This document shows, in pieces, positions 42,884 through 55,019 of a stretch of DNA of 64,000 nt. The notes below the pieces were generated by a model. The model did not search any database, had not been told where the DNA came from, and saw nothing but the letters and a program-made list of their open reading frames with translations. The translations under genes were made by a program, and so were the position numbers. Origin of the DNA: Eledone cirrhosa (taxonomy: Eukaryota); assembly GCA_964016885.1 (NCBI GenBank), contig OZ024740.1:38068001-38132000 (forward strand), written 5' to 3'. Positions within the stretch are counted from its first letter, which is position 1, and each line of letters starts with the position of its first letter.

Positions 42884-43676
42884 CTAGCAGCAGGACCCAG
42901 CGTTGCACGGGGTAGGAAACGTGATGCAAAGATTGAGGAATGTAGCTGTGTACTTTTTAAATACCCTTATTCTCAGGGAATGATGTTCATCTACTGGAAA
43001 CAGAGAACACCAGCAGGCCCGAATATAGAAATATCTGCATGCATGAAGAAAATCAGCTGGATACTCTTTAAGAATATGATTTTTCTTCCATTTGGAGAAA
43101 ATCGGTTAGGTACTTTTCGAGTTTTATAGATTCGCACCCAGTTATCCGGACAGACATCATCAGTTATGTCTATTGCACTTGCATGCATACTATGCAGAGT
43201 AAAGCCTGCAATGCTCGAGAAGGATATGTCATGCAACCACACAGCATGTTGGGCCTTCCCCACAGGAGACCATAGCTTCTTCGTAAATCTACCCAATCTG
43301 ATATAGACCAAACTGTTATATCGGATGCCGAATGCTTTGGAGTTGCTAATTCATAAATTTCCTAGAAACCATTAATGGAATTGGAAATTTCGTTTGTCCA
43401 CAGTAATGTGATGGGACTAACTAATGTGTGCTGCAAATTTTGAGGAAATCGGCTGGATTATCTTTAAGTTACGCCTCAAAATAGCCTAAAAAGCCTTTAA
43501 AATGCGGTTTTTCGCCTAATGCGGACCCTAGAGCAGAAAAAGTTAAAATCTTTTTAACCCATTGCATTTCAAGATATATAAGTAACGCATGTGTAAAGTT
43601 TGAAAAACATCGGTCGGGTACTTCTCGAGTTTTAGGGATTTACACAGACAGACATCCTCTGTTTTATATATATAGA
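42884..43676 (-). mobile_element. Non-autonomous Helitron (~790 bp)
   Basis: On the minus strand it starts A|TCTATATATATAAAAC..GTCTGTCTG and ends CCCGTGCAACGCTGGG (imperfect hairpin)..GCTGCTAG|T. This gives TC...CTAG termini at an A|T site with no TSD. Confidence 0.75.
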
Positions 43677-44554
43677 TATAACCAGTCTCGCCAGTATGTA
43701 GTACAATACAGAAAGTAAAATTAAGGTTGAAGATAGATGACTATTAAATAAATGAGGAATAGATCATAAGCATATACAAAAACGAGCTAACTTGTTTAAA
43801 TTTTCCAGTATTACCAAAACTGACTAGACATAAAACAAGTTAATTATAATAATTCATTTGTTTTGTCACAGTTAAATTGTAAAGCTGATTTAATAATTGA
43901 CTGAACATGACAAAGTATTCTATCAGATAAAAGAATGAAAGTGGAACTAAAAGAGCAGCTTGTAAGCAAACCGCTTTTAAAACAATTTAATACAATTACA
44001 AGATAAAAAATATTCACTAAATGTATGAATTGGTACAGTATCATCAGCATTTAATGTGTTTTCCCTGCAAGTAAGGCTTGAGATGGGCTGTAACCGATCA
44101 AGTCAGTACTTAATCGGAGTTACTGACCTCTCAGATGGGTCAGGAACTGGCTTCTGGCCTACATATGTCCTTGCATTGCACAGAGTGTCTCAGGTGCATT
44201 TTATTATGGTACCAGCACTAGGGAGATTGTGATGTCTTCAACACAACTGAAGAATCATTCCAACCCTTTGTTTCAAAGGTTTTCTATAGCTTGATACCCT
44301 TCTTATCCCCAACCGCTTTACAGAGTGTATTGGACACATTTATCATGTAGATCAACAGTGGAACACTTGCCGGGCTCATTTTAGCTTGGATTCTACAGCT
44401 GAATGTCCTTCCACTCACCAACACTAGAGAGGTTGTCATGTTTATGACACAAATAAAGAGTTCTCTCGTACCTTACAAATCTTGTTAATAGGTACAGTCA
44501 TAAAAGAATTTCCCATATTTTTTCAAAGAAAATATCTGTTGAAATATATCTTAC

Positions 44555-44783
44555 CTGCCAAAGGGACCCCATTACAATCAGTCCCTAACAGCCAAGCATA
44601 CAATCTTCGATTTAAAGACATGTCCCTACGTAGTATGACGGTAACAGCAGCTTTCAGAATCTTCAACATATCTGATTTGGTCAACTGAGCATTGTGCATA
44701 GGGAATGCTATCAAGAGAAAATCTAAGAGACTTCTCTGAACCAAGACAATACTATCTTGAACAGCTGTACATGCTGCTTGTAC
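44555..44783 (-). CDS. DOP1A: Dopey-1 coding exon 4 (VQAACTAVQDSIVLVQRSLLD...LRRDMSLNRRLYAWLLG)
   Basis: Conserved Dopey motif LRRDMSLNRRLYAWLLG. Acceptor tttcctag, donor gtaag. 229 nt, ends in phase 1. Confidence 0.97.
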
Positions 44784-45027
44784 CTAGGAAACAGAATAGA
44801 AATGATACAAGTAGAGTAATAATAAGGAATAATTGTATAGAAATAACAGTAAAAGTAATGAAACAATAGAAATGATACATGTAGAGTAATGACATGGAAT
44901 AACTTTATAGAAATAACAGTAGAAGGAAACAATAAAAATGATTCATGCAGAGTAATGACAAGAAGTAATTTTATAGAAATAACAGCAAAACTAAAACATA
45001 CTAGCTATGTTTAATCTTCATATACTA

Positions 45028-45194
45028 CCATATTTCCTGGCATCAAAGACGCTACTTTTTTCTTAAAATAAGTCTCAAAAATCTACCATGCGTCATGGAG
45101 GTCGAAAGTTGTTTATTATTTTTTTCAAATTTTTGGTTGTCAAAATTAGGGTGTGTCCTCAAGGACGAAGCGTCATCAGAGCCGGGAAATACGG
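45028..45194. mobile_element. Tc1/mariner-pogo-type MITE
   Basis: Imperfect ~25-bp TIRs (ccatatttcctggcatcaaagacgc / gcgtcatcagagccgggaaatacgg) flanked by TA on both sides. Confidence 0.75.
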
Positions 45195-45733
45195 TACTTA
45201 TATCATGAGGAATTTTGTAATTTATGTTTAAACACATCTGGTCTGACACTCTTCCATTTTACTATACATATAACAGACATAAACTAATTAGGTACAGCTG
45301 ATAGTGTAATAAATGTAGATTAGCAGAGTCACAACTAGTGCAAATATTTTAATAAATAAACTAAATTCTAGAAAGCAAGAGATAAGGTACCAATAACCAA
45401 GACAACAAAGTGATTTCAATCTTCAATTGAAATAATTTCATTCCATTATCTCACCTCTTTGTTTATCTACTACTACCACACACACACACACACACATATA
45501 TATAGGTACATATAGTGTAATTTGGTAAAGGATATCCAAAGTTAAAAGAGTACTCAACCATTGGATGAGTAGTGGTATACAGATATTTATTAGAATAATT
45601 ATGCTGCCATTTGAAAAACATGTTTCATGGGATCCCTCTTTCAGCTATTTGTAAAACTGGCCCTAATTAATCAAAAGACCCCAATGTGCACCAAAATGAC
45701 ACCATAGTTATTGTAATAAATATTTGTATGTCA

Positions 45734-45764
<31 letters not shown>

Positions 45765-45765
45765 G

Positions 45766-48700
45766 CACTGCAAAGTGGCCAAGTAGGTGTCACAACAAAA
45801 AGCACCCAGCCCACACAGTAAAGTGGTTGTGTAGGTGTCACAACAAAAAGCACCCAGCCCACACAGTAAAGTGCTCGTGTAGGTGTCACAACAAAAAGCA
45901 CCCAGCCCACACAGTAAAGTGGACGTGTAGGTGTCACAACAAAAAGCACCCAGCACACACAGTAAAGTGGTCGTGTAGGTGTCACAACAAAAAGCACCCA
46001 GCCCACACAGTAAAGTGGTTGTGTAGGTGTTACAACAAAAAGCACCCAGCCCACACAGTAAAGTGGACGTGTAGGTGTCACAACAAAAAGCACCCAGCCC
46101 ACATAGTAAAGTGGTCGTGTAGGTGTCACAACAAAAAGCACCCAGCCCACACAGTAAAGTGGTCGTGTAGGTGTCATGTCAATAAGCACCCAGCCCACAC
46201 AGTAAAGTGGTCGTGTAGGTGTCATGTCAATAAGCACCCAGCCCACACAGTAAAGTGGACGTGTAGGTGTCATGTCAATAAGCACCCAGCCCACACAGTA
46301 AAGTGGACGTGTAGGTGTCATGTCAATAAGCACCCAGCCCACACAGTAAAGTGGTCGTGTAGGTGTCATGTCAATAAGCACCCAGCCCACACAGTAAAGT
46401 GGTCGTGTAGGTGTCATGTCAATAAGCACCCAGCCCACACAGTAAAGTGGACGTGTAGGTGTCATGTCAATAAGCACCCAGCCCACACAGTAAAGTGGAC
46501 GTGTAGGTGTCATGTCAATAAGCACCCAGCCCACACAGTAAAGTGGTCGTGTAGGTGTCATGTCAATAAGCACCCAGCCCACACAGTAAAGTGGTCGTGT
46601 AGGTGTCATGTCAATAAGCACCCAGCCCACACAGTAAAGTGGTCGTGTAGGTGTCATGTCAATAAGCACCCAGCCCACACAGTAAAGTGGTCGTGTAGGT
46701 GTCACAACAAAAAGCACCCAGCCCACACAGTAAAGTGGACGTGTAGGTGTCATGTCAATAAGCACCCAGCCCGCACAGTAAAGTGGTCGTGTAGGTGTCA
46801 TGTCAATAAGCACCCAGCCCACACAGTAAAGTGGTCGTGTAGGTGTCACAACAAAAAGCACCCAGCCCACACAGTAAAGTGGTCGTGTAGGTGTCATGTC
46901 AATAAGCACCCAGCCCACACAGTAAAGTGGTCGTGTAGGTGTCATATCAATAAGCACCCAGCCCGCACAGTAAAGTGGTCGTGTAGGTGTGATGTCAATA
47001 AGCACCCAGCCCACACAGTAAAGTGGTCGTGTAGGTGTCACAACAAAAAGCACCCAGCCCACACAGTAAAGTGGTCGTGTAGGTGTCATGTCAATAAGCA
47101 CCCAGCCCGCACAGTAAAGTGGTCGTGTAGGTGTCATGTCAATAAGCACCCAGCCCACACAGTAAAGTGGTCGTGTAGGTGTCACAACAAAAAGCACCCA
47201 GCCCACACAGTAAAGTGGTCGTGTAGGTGTCATGTCAATAAGCACCCAGCCCACACAGTAAAGTGGACGTGTAGGTGTCATGTCAATAAGCACCCAGCCC
47301 ACACAGTAAAGTGGTCGTGTAGGTGTCATGTCAATAAGCACCCAGCCCACACAGTAAAGTGGTCGTGTAGGTGTCATGTCAATAAGCACCCAGCCCACAC
47401 AGTAAAGTGGTTGTGTAGGTGTCATGTCAATAAGCACCCAGCCCACACAGTAAAGTGGTCGTGTAGGTGTCATGTCAATAAGCACCCAGCCCACACAGTA
47501 AAGTGGACGTGTAGGTGTCATGTCAATAAGCACCCAGCCCACACAGTAAAGTGGTCGTGTAGGTGTCATGTCAATAAGCACCCAGCCCACACAGTAAAGT
47601 GGACGTGTAGGTGTCATGTCAATAAGCACCCAGCCCACACAGTAAAGTGGACGTGTAGGTGTCATGTCAATAAGCACCCAGCCCACACAGTAAAGTGGTC
47701 GTGTAGGTGTCATGTCAATAAGCACCCAGCCCACACAGTAAAGTGGACGTGTAAGTGTCATGTCAATAAGCACCCAGCCCACACAGTAAAGTGGACGTGT
47801 AGGTGTCATGTCAATAAGCACCCAGCCCACACAGTAAAGTGGTCGTGTAGGTGTCATGTCAATAAGCACCCAGCCCACACAGTAAAGTGGTCGTGTAGGT
47901 GTCATGTCAATAAGCACCCAGCCCACACAGTAAAGTGGACGTGTAGGTGTCATGTCAATAAGCACCCAGCCCACACAGTAAAGTGGTCATGTAGGTGTCA
48001 TGTCAATAAGCACCCAGCCCACACAGTAAAGTGGACGTGTAGGTGTCATGTCAATAAGCACCCAGCCCACACAGTAAAGTGGTCGTGTAGGTGTCATGTC
48101 AATAAGCACCCAGCCCACACAGTAAAGTGGTCGTGTAGGTGTCATGTCAATAAGCACCCAGCCCACACAGTAAAGTGGACGTGTAGGTGTCATGTCAATA
48201 AGCACCCAGCCCACACAGTAAAGTGGTCGTGTAGGTGTCATGTCAATAAGCACCCAGCCCACACAGTAAAGTGGTCGTGTAGGTGTCATGTCAATAAGCA
48301 CCCAGCCCACACAGTAAAGTGGTCATGTAGGTGTCATGTCAATAAGCACCCAGCCCACACAGTAAAGTGGTCGTGTAGGTGTCATGTCAATAAGCACCCA
48401 GCCCACACAGTAAAGTGGTCATGTAGGTGTCATGTCAATAAGCACCCAGCCCACACAGTAAAGTGGTCGTGTAGGTGTCACAACAAAAAGCACCCAGCCC
48501 ACACAGTAAAGTGGACGTGTAGGTGTCATGTCAATAAGCACCCAGCCCACACAGTAAAGTGGTCGTGTAGGTGTCATGTCAATAAGCACCCAGCCCACAC
48601 AGTAAAGTGGTCGTGTAGGTGTCATGTCAATAAGCACCCAGCCCACACAGTAAAGTGGTCGTGTAGGTGTCATGTCAATAAGCACCCAGCCCACACAGTA

Positions 48701-49228
48701 AAGTGGTCGTGTAGGTGTCATGTCAATAAGCACCCAGCCCACACAGTAAAGTGGTCGTGTAGGTGTCGTTTCAATAAGCACCCAGCCCACACAGTAAAGT
48801 GGTCGTGTAGGTGTCATGTCAATAAGCACCCAGCCCACACAGTAAAGTGGACGTGTAGGTGTCATGTCAATAAGCACCCAGCCCACACAGTAAAGTGGTC
48901 GTGTAGGTGTCATGTCAATAAGCACCCAGCCCACACAGTAAAGTGGTCATGTAGGTGTCATGTCAATAAGCACCCAGCCCACACAGTAAAGTGGACGTGT
49001 AGGTGTCATGTCAATAAGCACCCAGCCCACACAGTAAAGTGGTCATGTAGGTGTCGTGTCAATAAGCACCCAGCCCACACAGTAAAGTGGACGTGTAGGT
49101 GTCATGTCAATAAGCACCCAGCCCACACAGTAAAGTGGTCGTGTAGGTGTCATGTCAATAAGCACCCAGCCCACACAGTAAAGTGGTCGTGTAGGTGTCA
49201 TGTCAATAAGCACCCAGCACACACTGTA
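45766..49228. repeat. 48-bp minisatellite AAAGTGGTCGTGTAGGTGTCATGTCAATAAGCACCCAGCCCACACAGT, about 72 copies
   Basis: Read directly. It runs into an RTE-tail element at its right end. Confidence 0.98.
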
Positions 49229-49380
49229 AATGTGCTTGGCATTAGGAAGGGCATCCAGCCGTAGAAACCTAGCCAGAAACAGTTCTGTATGAGCAAGACA
49301 CAGACACCTGACTTGACATGCCTAAAACAGGACAACCCATCTAACCCATGCTAGCATGGAAAATAGATGTTAAATGATAA
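49229..49380 (+). mobile_element. 3' terminal part of the dispersed RTE-tail element that hosts the 48-bp array
   Basis: ttggcattaggaagggcatccagccgtagaaacc...aacccatgctagcatggaaaatagatgttaaatgat, shared with many copies in the window. Confidence 0.8.
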
Positions 49381-49570
49381 TAATTGTTTCTACATTAGGC
49401 ACAAGGCCAGCAATTATCCCAGTGTATTACTGGTACTTTATTTTATCGATCCCGTAAAGATGAAAGGCAAAGTTAACCTTGGCGGGATTTGAACTCAAAC
49501 CATAAAGGATGGTAACTCTTTGCTGCAAAGCATGGATCCGACCCTCTACCGATACTGCCAATCCACCATA
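49381..49570 (-). mobile_element. tRNA-type SINE copy
   Basis: Reverse complement of the 58788-58975 copy. Confidence 0.8.
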
Positions 49571-50078
49571 ATGATATATGTAGTCAGTTGATTTGGCAGA
49601 GTCATTAGAGTGTTAGATATTTGTTCCAGATTTCAGTGCTCTGAATTCAAATTCCACTGATGTCTGCTTTGCCTTTAATTTTTTTGAATGATAAAGAAAG
49701 CACCAGATGAACGGCTTTTCAGTTTTAAAAAGAATTTCATTTACAGATATAATTAGCATTAAAATTATTCCGACTGTAACACTTTTAAATTAAAATTATT
49801 TCAAATGTAACATTTTTTAATTAAGATTATCCCAACTATAACACTTTTTAATTAAATGTATACTAAATAAATTAGTATACATTTTATATTGGCATTAATT
49901 AGATAATTTATGCACCTCTATTCCATCTTTTTACTACATCATCATTTGAGGAAATTATGTTATATTGTTTAGTTTAAAGAAAGTACTTCAGACAATTGAT
50001 ACATGTGAGACTAAGAAAAAACTTAATATAACCATCCTTTCCAATAATGAATATTATTATATTGTATTAGTTCATTAC

Positions 50079-50268
50079 CATGAGATCAATATTAAGGCCC
50101 ATCATGTAGAGTTGGTCTTCCATACTTTGTTTTTTATTGTAGTGTGCCAATAAGAAGGTAATGGCTTGTAGCCTAGCAGCAGGAAATGTGTAGATACACT
50201 GCCACATACAACTGTAAAAGTAACTCTCATCAGTTACCTGGCTGAAGTCCACCAATAATTTATCACAC
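50079..50268 (-). CDS. DOP1A: Dopey-1 coding exon 3 (RCDKLLVDF...SMEDQLYMMGLNIDLM)
   Basis: SMEDQLY motif. Acceptor ttacag, donor gtaatg. 190 nt, and the phase fits both neighbours. Confidence 0.93.
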
Positions 50269-50475
50269 CTGTAATAAGATATATTAAACTATAGAGACAA
50301 ACAAAACAAGTTAAGGAGATATCCAAACTTATATTCACAACAAAATTACTGTTTAGACAATGTAAAAGAAAATAGTTGACATTTTTTTTATGTAACATGT
50401 ATAAAACAAAAAATAGTCTTGAAGAGAAATGTTTGAAAGAAAACATCAGATGAAATATGATGTTAATATTTATTT

Positions 50476-52212
50476 AGAGTATATAATCATGGGAGAGAGA
50501 GAAATTACCCTCAGTAGATCCGACAGAGGGACCAACTATTGAGATTGACGAATATAGGGTCCAAGAGGCGATTAAGGAAATGAAAAATGGTAAGGCTGCT
50601 GGACCATTGGGGATAGTTGCTGAGATGCTGAAGGCATCAGGGGACATAGGCACTAAACTGGTTGCATGCATCATCAATCAGGCTATATATGGTAGTGTCA
50701 TACCGAAAGACTGGTGCAGCAGTATTCTCATAAATTGCTACAAAGTAAAGGGGATGCTCTGGAGAGGAGCAATTATAGGGGTATAAAACTGATGGATCAG
50801 GTTATGAAAGTGGTAGAAAGGATATTAGCACAACTAATTAGAGAAAGGGTCAAACTAGATGAGATGCAGTTTGGTTTTGTGCCTGGGAAGAGTACAACAG
50901 ATGCCCTCTTCTTGGTGAGAAAATTACAAGAGAGGTTCTTAGAGAAAAATAAGCCACTATACTTAGCCTTTGTTGACCTAGAGAAGGCCTTTGATAGGGT
51001 ACCCCGATCTGTCATCTGGTGGTCCCTAAGGAAACTAGGTGTTGAGGAATGGCTTGTGAGGACAGTGCAAACTTTGTACAGAGGTACTGTCAGTAAAGTC
51101 AGAGTAGGAATAGAGTTTAGTGTGGAATTCCAGGTACAAGTAGGAGTACATCAAGGTTCGGTCCTCAGCCCGCTCTTGTTCATTATAACAGAGGAGTTTA
51201 AACTGGCTGTCCATGGGAACTTCTCTATGCTGACGATCTGGTTCTTATAGCAGAATCAGTAGAGGAGCTAGAGAATAAATTCTGGCTATGGAAACAGCAG
51301 TTGGAAGCAAGAGGACTGGGAGTGAACCTAGCTAAGACAGAAGTGTTGATGAGTAGAAGAGAGGACAAAACCCTGATTCCGTTAGGGAAATGGCCATGTT
51401 CGATATGCAGAAAAGGAACTGGCATAAATTCTATAAAATTCACACGATGCAGATCTTGGGTACACAAGAGATGTAGCGGGATAGCAGGCAAACTAACAGG
51501 TAGGGAGAAATACATATGCAGTAGATGTACAGGGAAATTAGACAGTAGAAGTCACATTGATAGACACATTTTTCAAATGCAGGCGGGTGCTATAGAAGTG
51601 GTGGATAGCTTACGGTACCTAGGAGATCAGATTAGCATGGGAGGGGGGTGTTCCGAGGCCATAGTATCTAGAATAAGGATGGGTTGGAAGAAGTTTAGGG
51701 AGCTGCTTCCTCTGCTGACGAAGAAGGCTTTCTCCCTGCGTACGAAAGGCCGGTTATATGATGCCTGTGTGAGATGCGCGATGCTGCATGGTCGTGAGAC
51801 ATGGGCAGCAGCTGCAGAGAAATGAGGCAGGCATGCTCCTTTAGATGTGCAATGTCAATGTGCGTGAACAACCCAGCATAAATGTGAAGAGAGAGAAACT
51901 GTGTCTGTGAGGGATAGAATGTAGTGTGCGAGAGAGGAGACTGAGGTGGTATGGACATGTGATCTGCATGGAGGATGACCGATGGGTGAAGAAGTGCCAG
52001 GAAATGCCAGTTGAAGGAAGACGTGGTAGAGGTAGACCACGAAAAACATGGGCGGAGGTGGTGAGAACAGATCTCAGATCACTGAAGCTCATGGTGGAGA
52101 TGACAAAGGACCGAGACAAGTGGAGAGATGTTGTGCTGAATAAGACCCGTCCCACCCTTACAAGCAGGGACAAGCGGACGTATGATGATGATGATGATCA
52201 TCATCATCATCA
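50476..52212 (+). mobile_element. 5'-truncated, frameshifted RTE-clade LINE (RT, PHD-like finger, thumb, (TGA)n tail)
   Basis: NYRGIKLM, QFGFVPGKSTTDA, AFVDLEKAFDRVPR, GVHQGSVLSPLLF, YADDL, RLRWYGHV and GRGRPRKTW are spread over several frames. Ends in a hairpin plus (tga)n. Confidence 0.92.
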
Positions 52213-52229
52213 CTATATTAAAGATACAA

Positions 52230-52640
52230 ACTATTTAGAGTATATAGTGTATATATTACAGAGAAAAGTAGCTGGTAGTACATTGTATGTATATTATATA
52301 GCAAATAATGTATATATATATACAATCACACACTAGTGAACAGTAGACTGTACATAGTATATATTGTATATAGTGTATATATTATAGAGTATATAGTGTA
52401 TATCTTACTGTCATCAGTAGACTATATATAGTATATAGTGCATAATGCATATATTATGGAGTATATACTATAGAATATATAATGTATATATTAGAGTGTG
52501 TAATGTACATATTATAAAGTATATATATCATAGAGTATATTATGTATATATTACAGAGAACAGTAGACTACACAGAGTATAGTGTATCTACTATAGAAAA
52601 CAGAGTATATACTATATATAGTGTATATATTATAGAAAAC
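52230..52640. repeat. Degenerate TA/TAG-rich low-complexity repeat
   Basis: Recurrent agagtatatagtgtatatatta units. Confidence 0.7.
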
Positions 52641-52773
52641 ACAACACTTTAAACTGAAAAACATGTTGGCCAATATTAAATATTGTAAAACATTACAAAC
52701 CAATAATTTAGATCATACAGAAAATAACTAACAAAAAAATAAGATATTTTATAAAATATTCTCTATTTAATAC

Positions 52774-53126
52774 CTGTAGGATAGTTCAGAACCCTCTTCC
52801 ATGCCAGGTAACAATCCAAGCAGAAGTCCATTTAGACCAGGTTTTATATGTTTTCTTAACGGTACAAAATGGCATTCATAAAGATCTAAAAGAACTGGTT
52901 TCACATTCATCGCAGCATGACTCATCAGTGGGAAAAGACCTGCCGTATAGATGAAGAGATCTTGGGACAAACGTTCAAGACCAATACTTTTGAAGATGAT
53001 ATCATAGGTTTCAAGAGCTTTCAGATGAACACCACTTGGTAAAGCTGGATGAAGACACTGAGCTAACCGTTTGCCAATAATAACCCGTTTGGGGATAACA
53101 GGATATTTCATATGTGACAGCAGCAC
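52774..53126 (-). CDS. DOP1A: Dopey-1 coding exon 2 (VLLSHMKY...[25 protein letters not shown]...[11 protein letters not shown])
   Basis: Hallmark Dopey_N motif [21 protein letters not shown]. Acceptor ttcacag, donor gtatta. 353 nt, ends in phase 2. Confidence 0.97.
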
Positions 53127-53657
53127 CTGTGAAAATTAACAGGATAAATTATTAACCCTTTTGTGACCAAATTTCTAACAAGAATGTACTACATTTGCAT
53201 TGTAATTATGAAAATACTACATAACAGAACATTGTTTCACATTTATTTCCAGCAAGCTGGAATCAATGGTAAAATACTTTTTATCATAACACCAATAGTT
53301 TGTCAGTTATATCAAAACTTATTTTTGAACATGTGTAATATTGTCTTTGAACATGTAGTAATTTTTGAATATTGTAGTAATTTAGTACAATATAAGGAGT
53401 GAGATGTTGAATGTGGGTGAAGGCATGAAATGATGGTAGTATTGTAGAGAAATATTGGGGGCCACATTGGAAGGAGTTGAAGGGATGAAATGTTCTTCAA
53501 TGCTGCAGGGATAAAAACTTTGTATTTAATCCTTTAGAGACAGTTTTATCATTGCACATGTGTAACCATAAGTGCTTCAGACAGAAAGAATTCTCTTTAT
53601 ATATATATAATATACAATATATTAATAAATGGAAACTATATTTATAAAACCATAATT

Positions 53658-53720
53658 ATTTTATTATATATATTTCAAGGGCAACCAAGGCATTCTTGGT
53701 GCGTTTTCATCAGATAAAAT
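53658..53720 (-). ncRNA. Type I hammerhead ribozyme-like motif, sense to the Dopey pre-mRNA
   Basis: ATTTTAT-CTGATGA-aaacgcaccaagaatgccttggttgccctt-GAAA-tatata-TA-ATAAAAT: perfect 7-bp stem I, ccaag/cttgg stem II, palindromic stem III. Confidence 0.7.
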
Positions 53721-53860
53721 ACAAGATTTGTTTTATAAATATTGACATAACCGTGGAAAAACAACCTTGACGGTTGAAAGTTCACTGGATAGTGAGTGCT
53801 TTATATCAGTTATAAACTTTTAAGCTTGTTGGAATCCCAACAAATTAAATATAACTTCTG

Positions 53861-53898
<38 letters not shown>

Positions 53899-54153
53899 AT
53901 CATGAGTTTCCATAGACTAGATAAAGGAACAAAAGCACTCTATGTTTTATTATAACTAAATTTACTTTAGTACTAAGATAAAATGCACCCAGGATACTCT
54001 GTAAAATGGTTGATATAAAAAAGAGGGATCCAGACAAGAAAACTATGCCAACAGTAGAAAATATGAGGAAGTTGTGATTCTTCAACTTCTCTTGTCTTAA
54101 ACTCTGACAACGGGCTCGACCCTGGCCAGCATGGAAAGCAGATGTAAAATAAT

Positions 54154-54335
54154 TGTTTCTACTTTTGACACAAGGCCAACAATTACCCAGTACATTACTG
54201 GTACTTTATTTTATCGACCCCGTAAGGATGAAAGGTAAAGTTAACCTCGGCGAGATTTGAACTCAGATCGTAAAGGGACGTAACTATGCTGGAAAGCATG
54301 TCCAACCCTCTACCAATACTGCCAATTCACTGCCC
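54154..54335 (-). mobile_element. tRNA-type SINE with 18-bp target-site duplication
   Basis: aagcagatgtaaaataat at 54136-54153 and 54340-54357 flanks the copy. Confidence 0.85.
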
Positions 54336-55019
54336 ATGTAAGCAGATGTAAAATAATGACACACACACACACACACAATGTAAACAAAATTTTTAGTTAT
54401 AATTTTAGAGCTCACAAGATCTCATAGTTAACTGCTAAATTTTTTTTATATGTTTTAGAGAATTCAACATGAATGATATTAACGAGGCCAGTTTAGGGAC
54501 ATATTCAAATTAAACCTATCAAAATTTAAAAATTAATTGTTCTAATTCAACAATACTTCATATTTATTTTAATATTTGCAGTTGAATGATTTAATGGAGA
54601 AGAATACTTCTGATTGTGGATGTTAGTGAGGGGTAGAGAGAAATGGAGGAGACAGAAGTTGAGGACTTCAGGGCATTTTCGGCTCATGTCTTCTACTGTA
54701 GCCTTGGTTTCACCAATACCTTTTCAGTGGAACTTGGTAGGCAGAAACTATGTGGAAGCCCATAATATATGTGTATGCGAATGTCCCCGTGTTCATGTTG
54801 AGTGGAATGTCGTAGTCAGGAACTATGTGGATGCCTGTAGTATCAAGCTACACACTATCAAGTAATATTATTACAAAGACACTTCAGAAGACCCCCATTT
54901 CAGCCACTTGTATGGCTAAAACCAGTAAAAGAATAAAAGAATATTTCAAAGTGAAATGCACTGATGAAAACTACAGCATACAAGCATAGTTGAGGTTATA
55001 TATTAACATAAATCTTGAA

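Noticed and set aside
45686-49264. Genuine zinc-finger or metallothionein-like gene
   Set aside because: DNA-level homogeneity, a GTG start in low-complexity sequence, and derivation from a retroelement 3' end. Kept only as a low-interest finding.
54955-55010. CTGATGA followed by an aacta/tagtt hairpin
   Set aside because: GAGG replaces GAAA and there is no convincing stem I.
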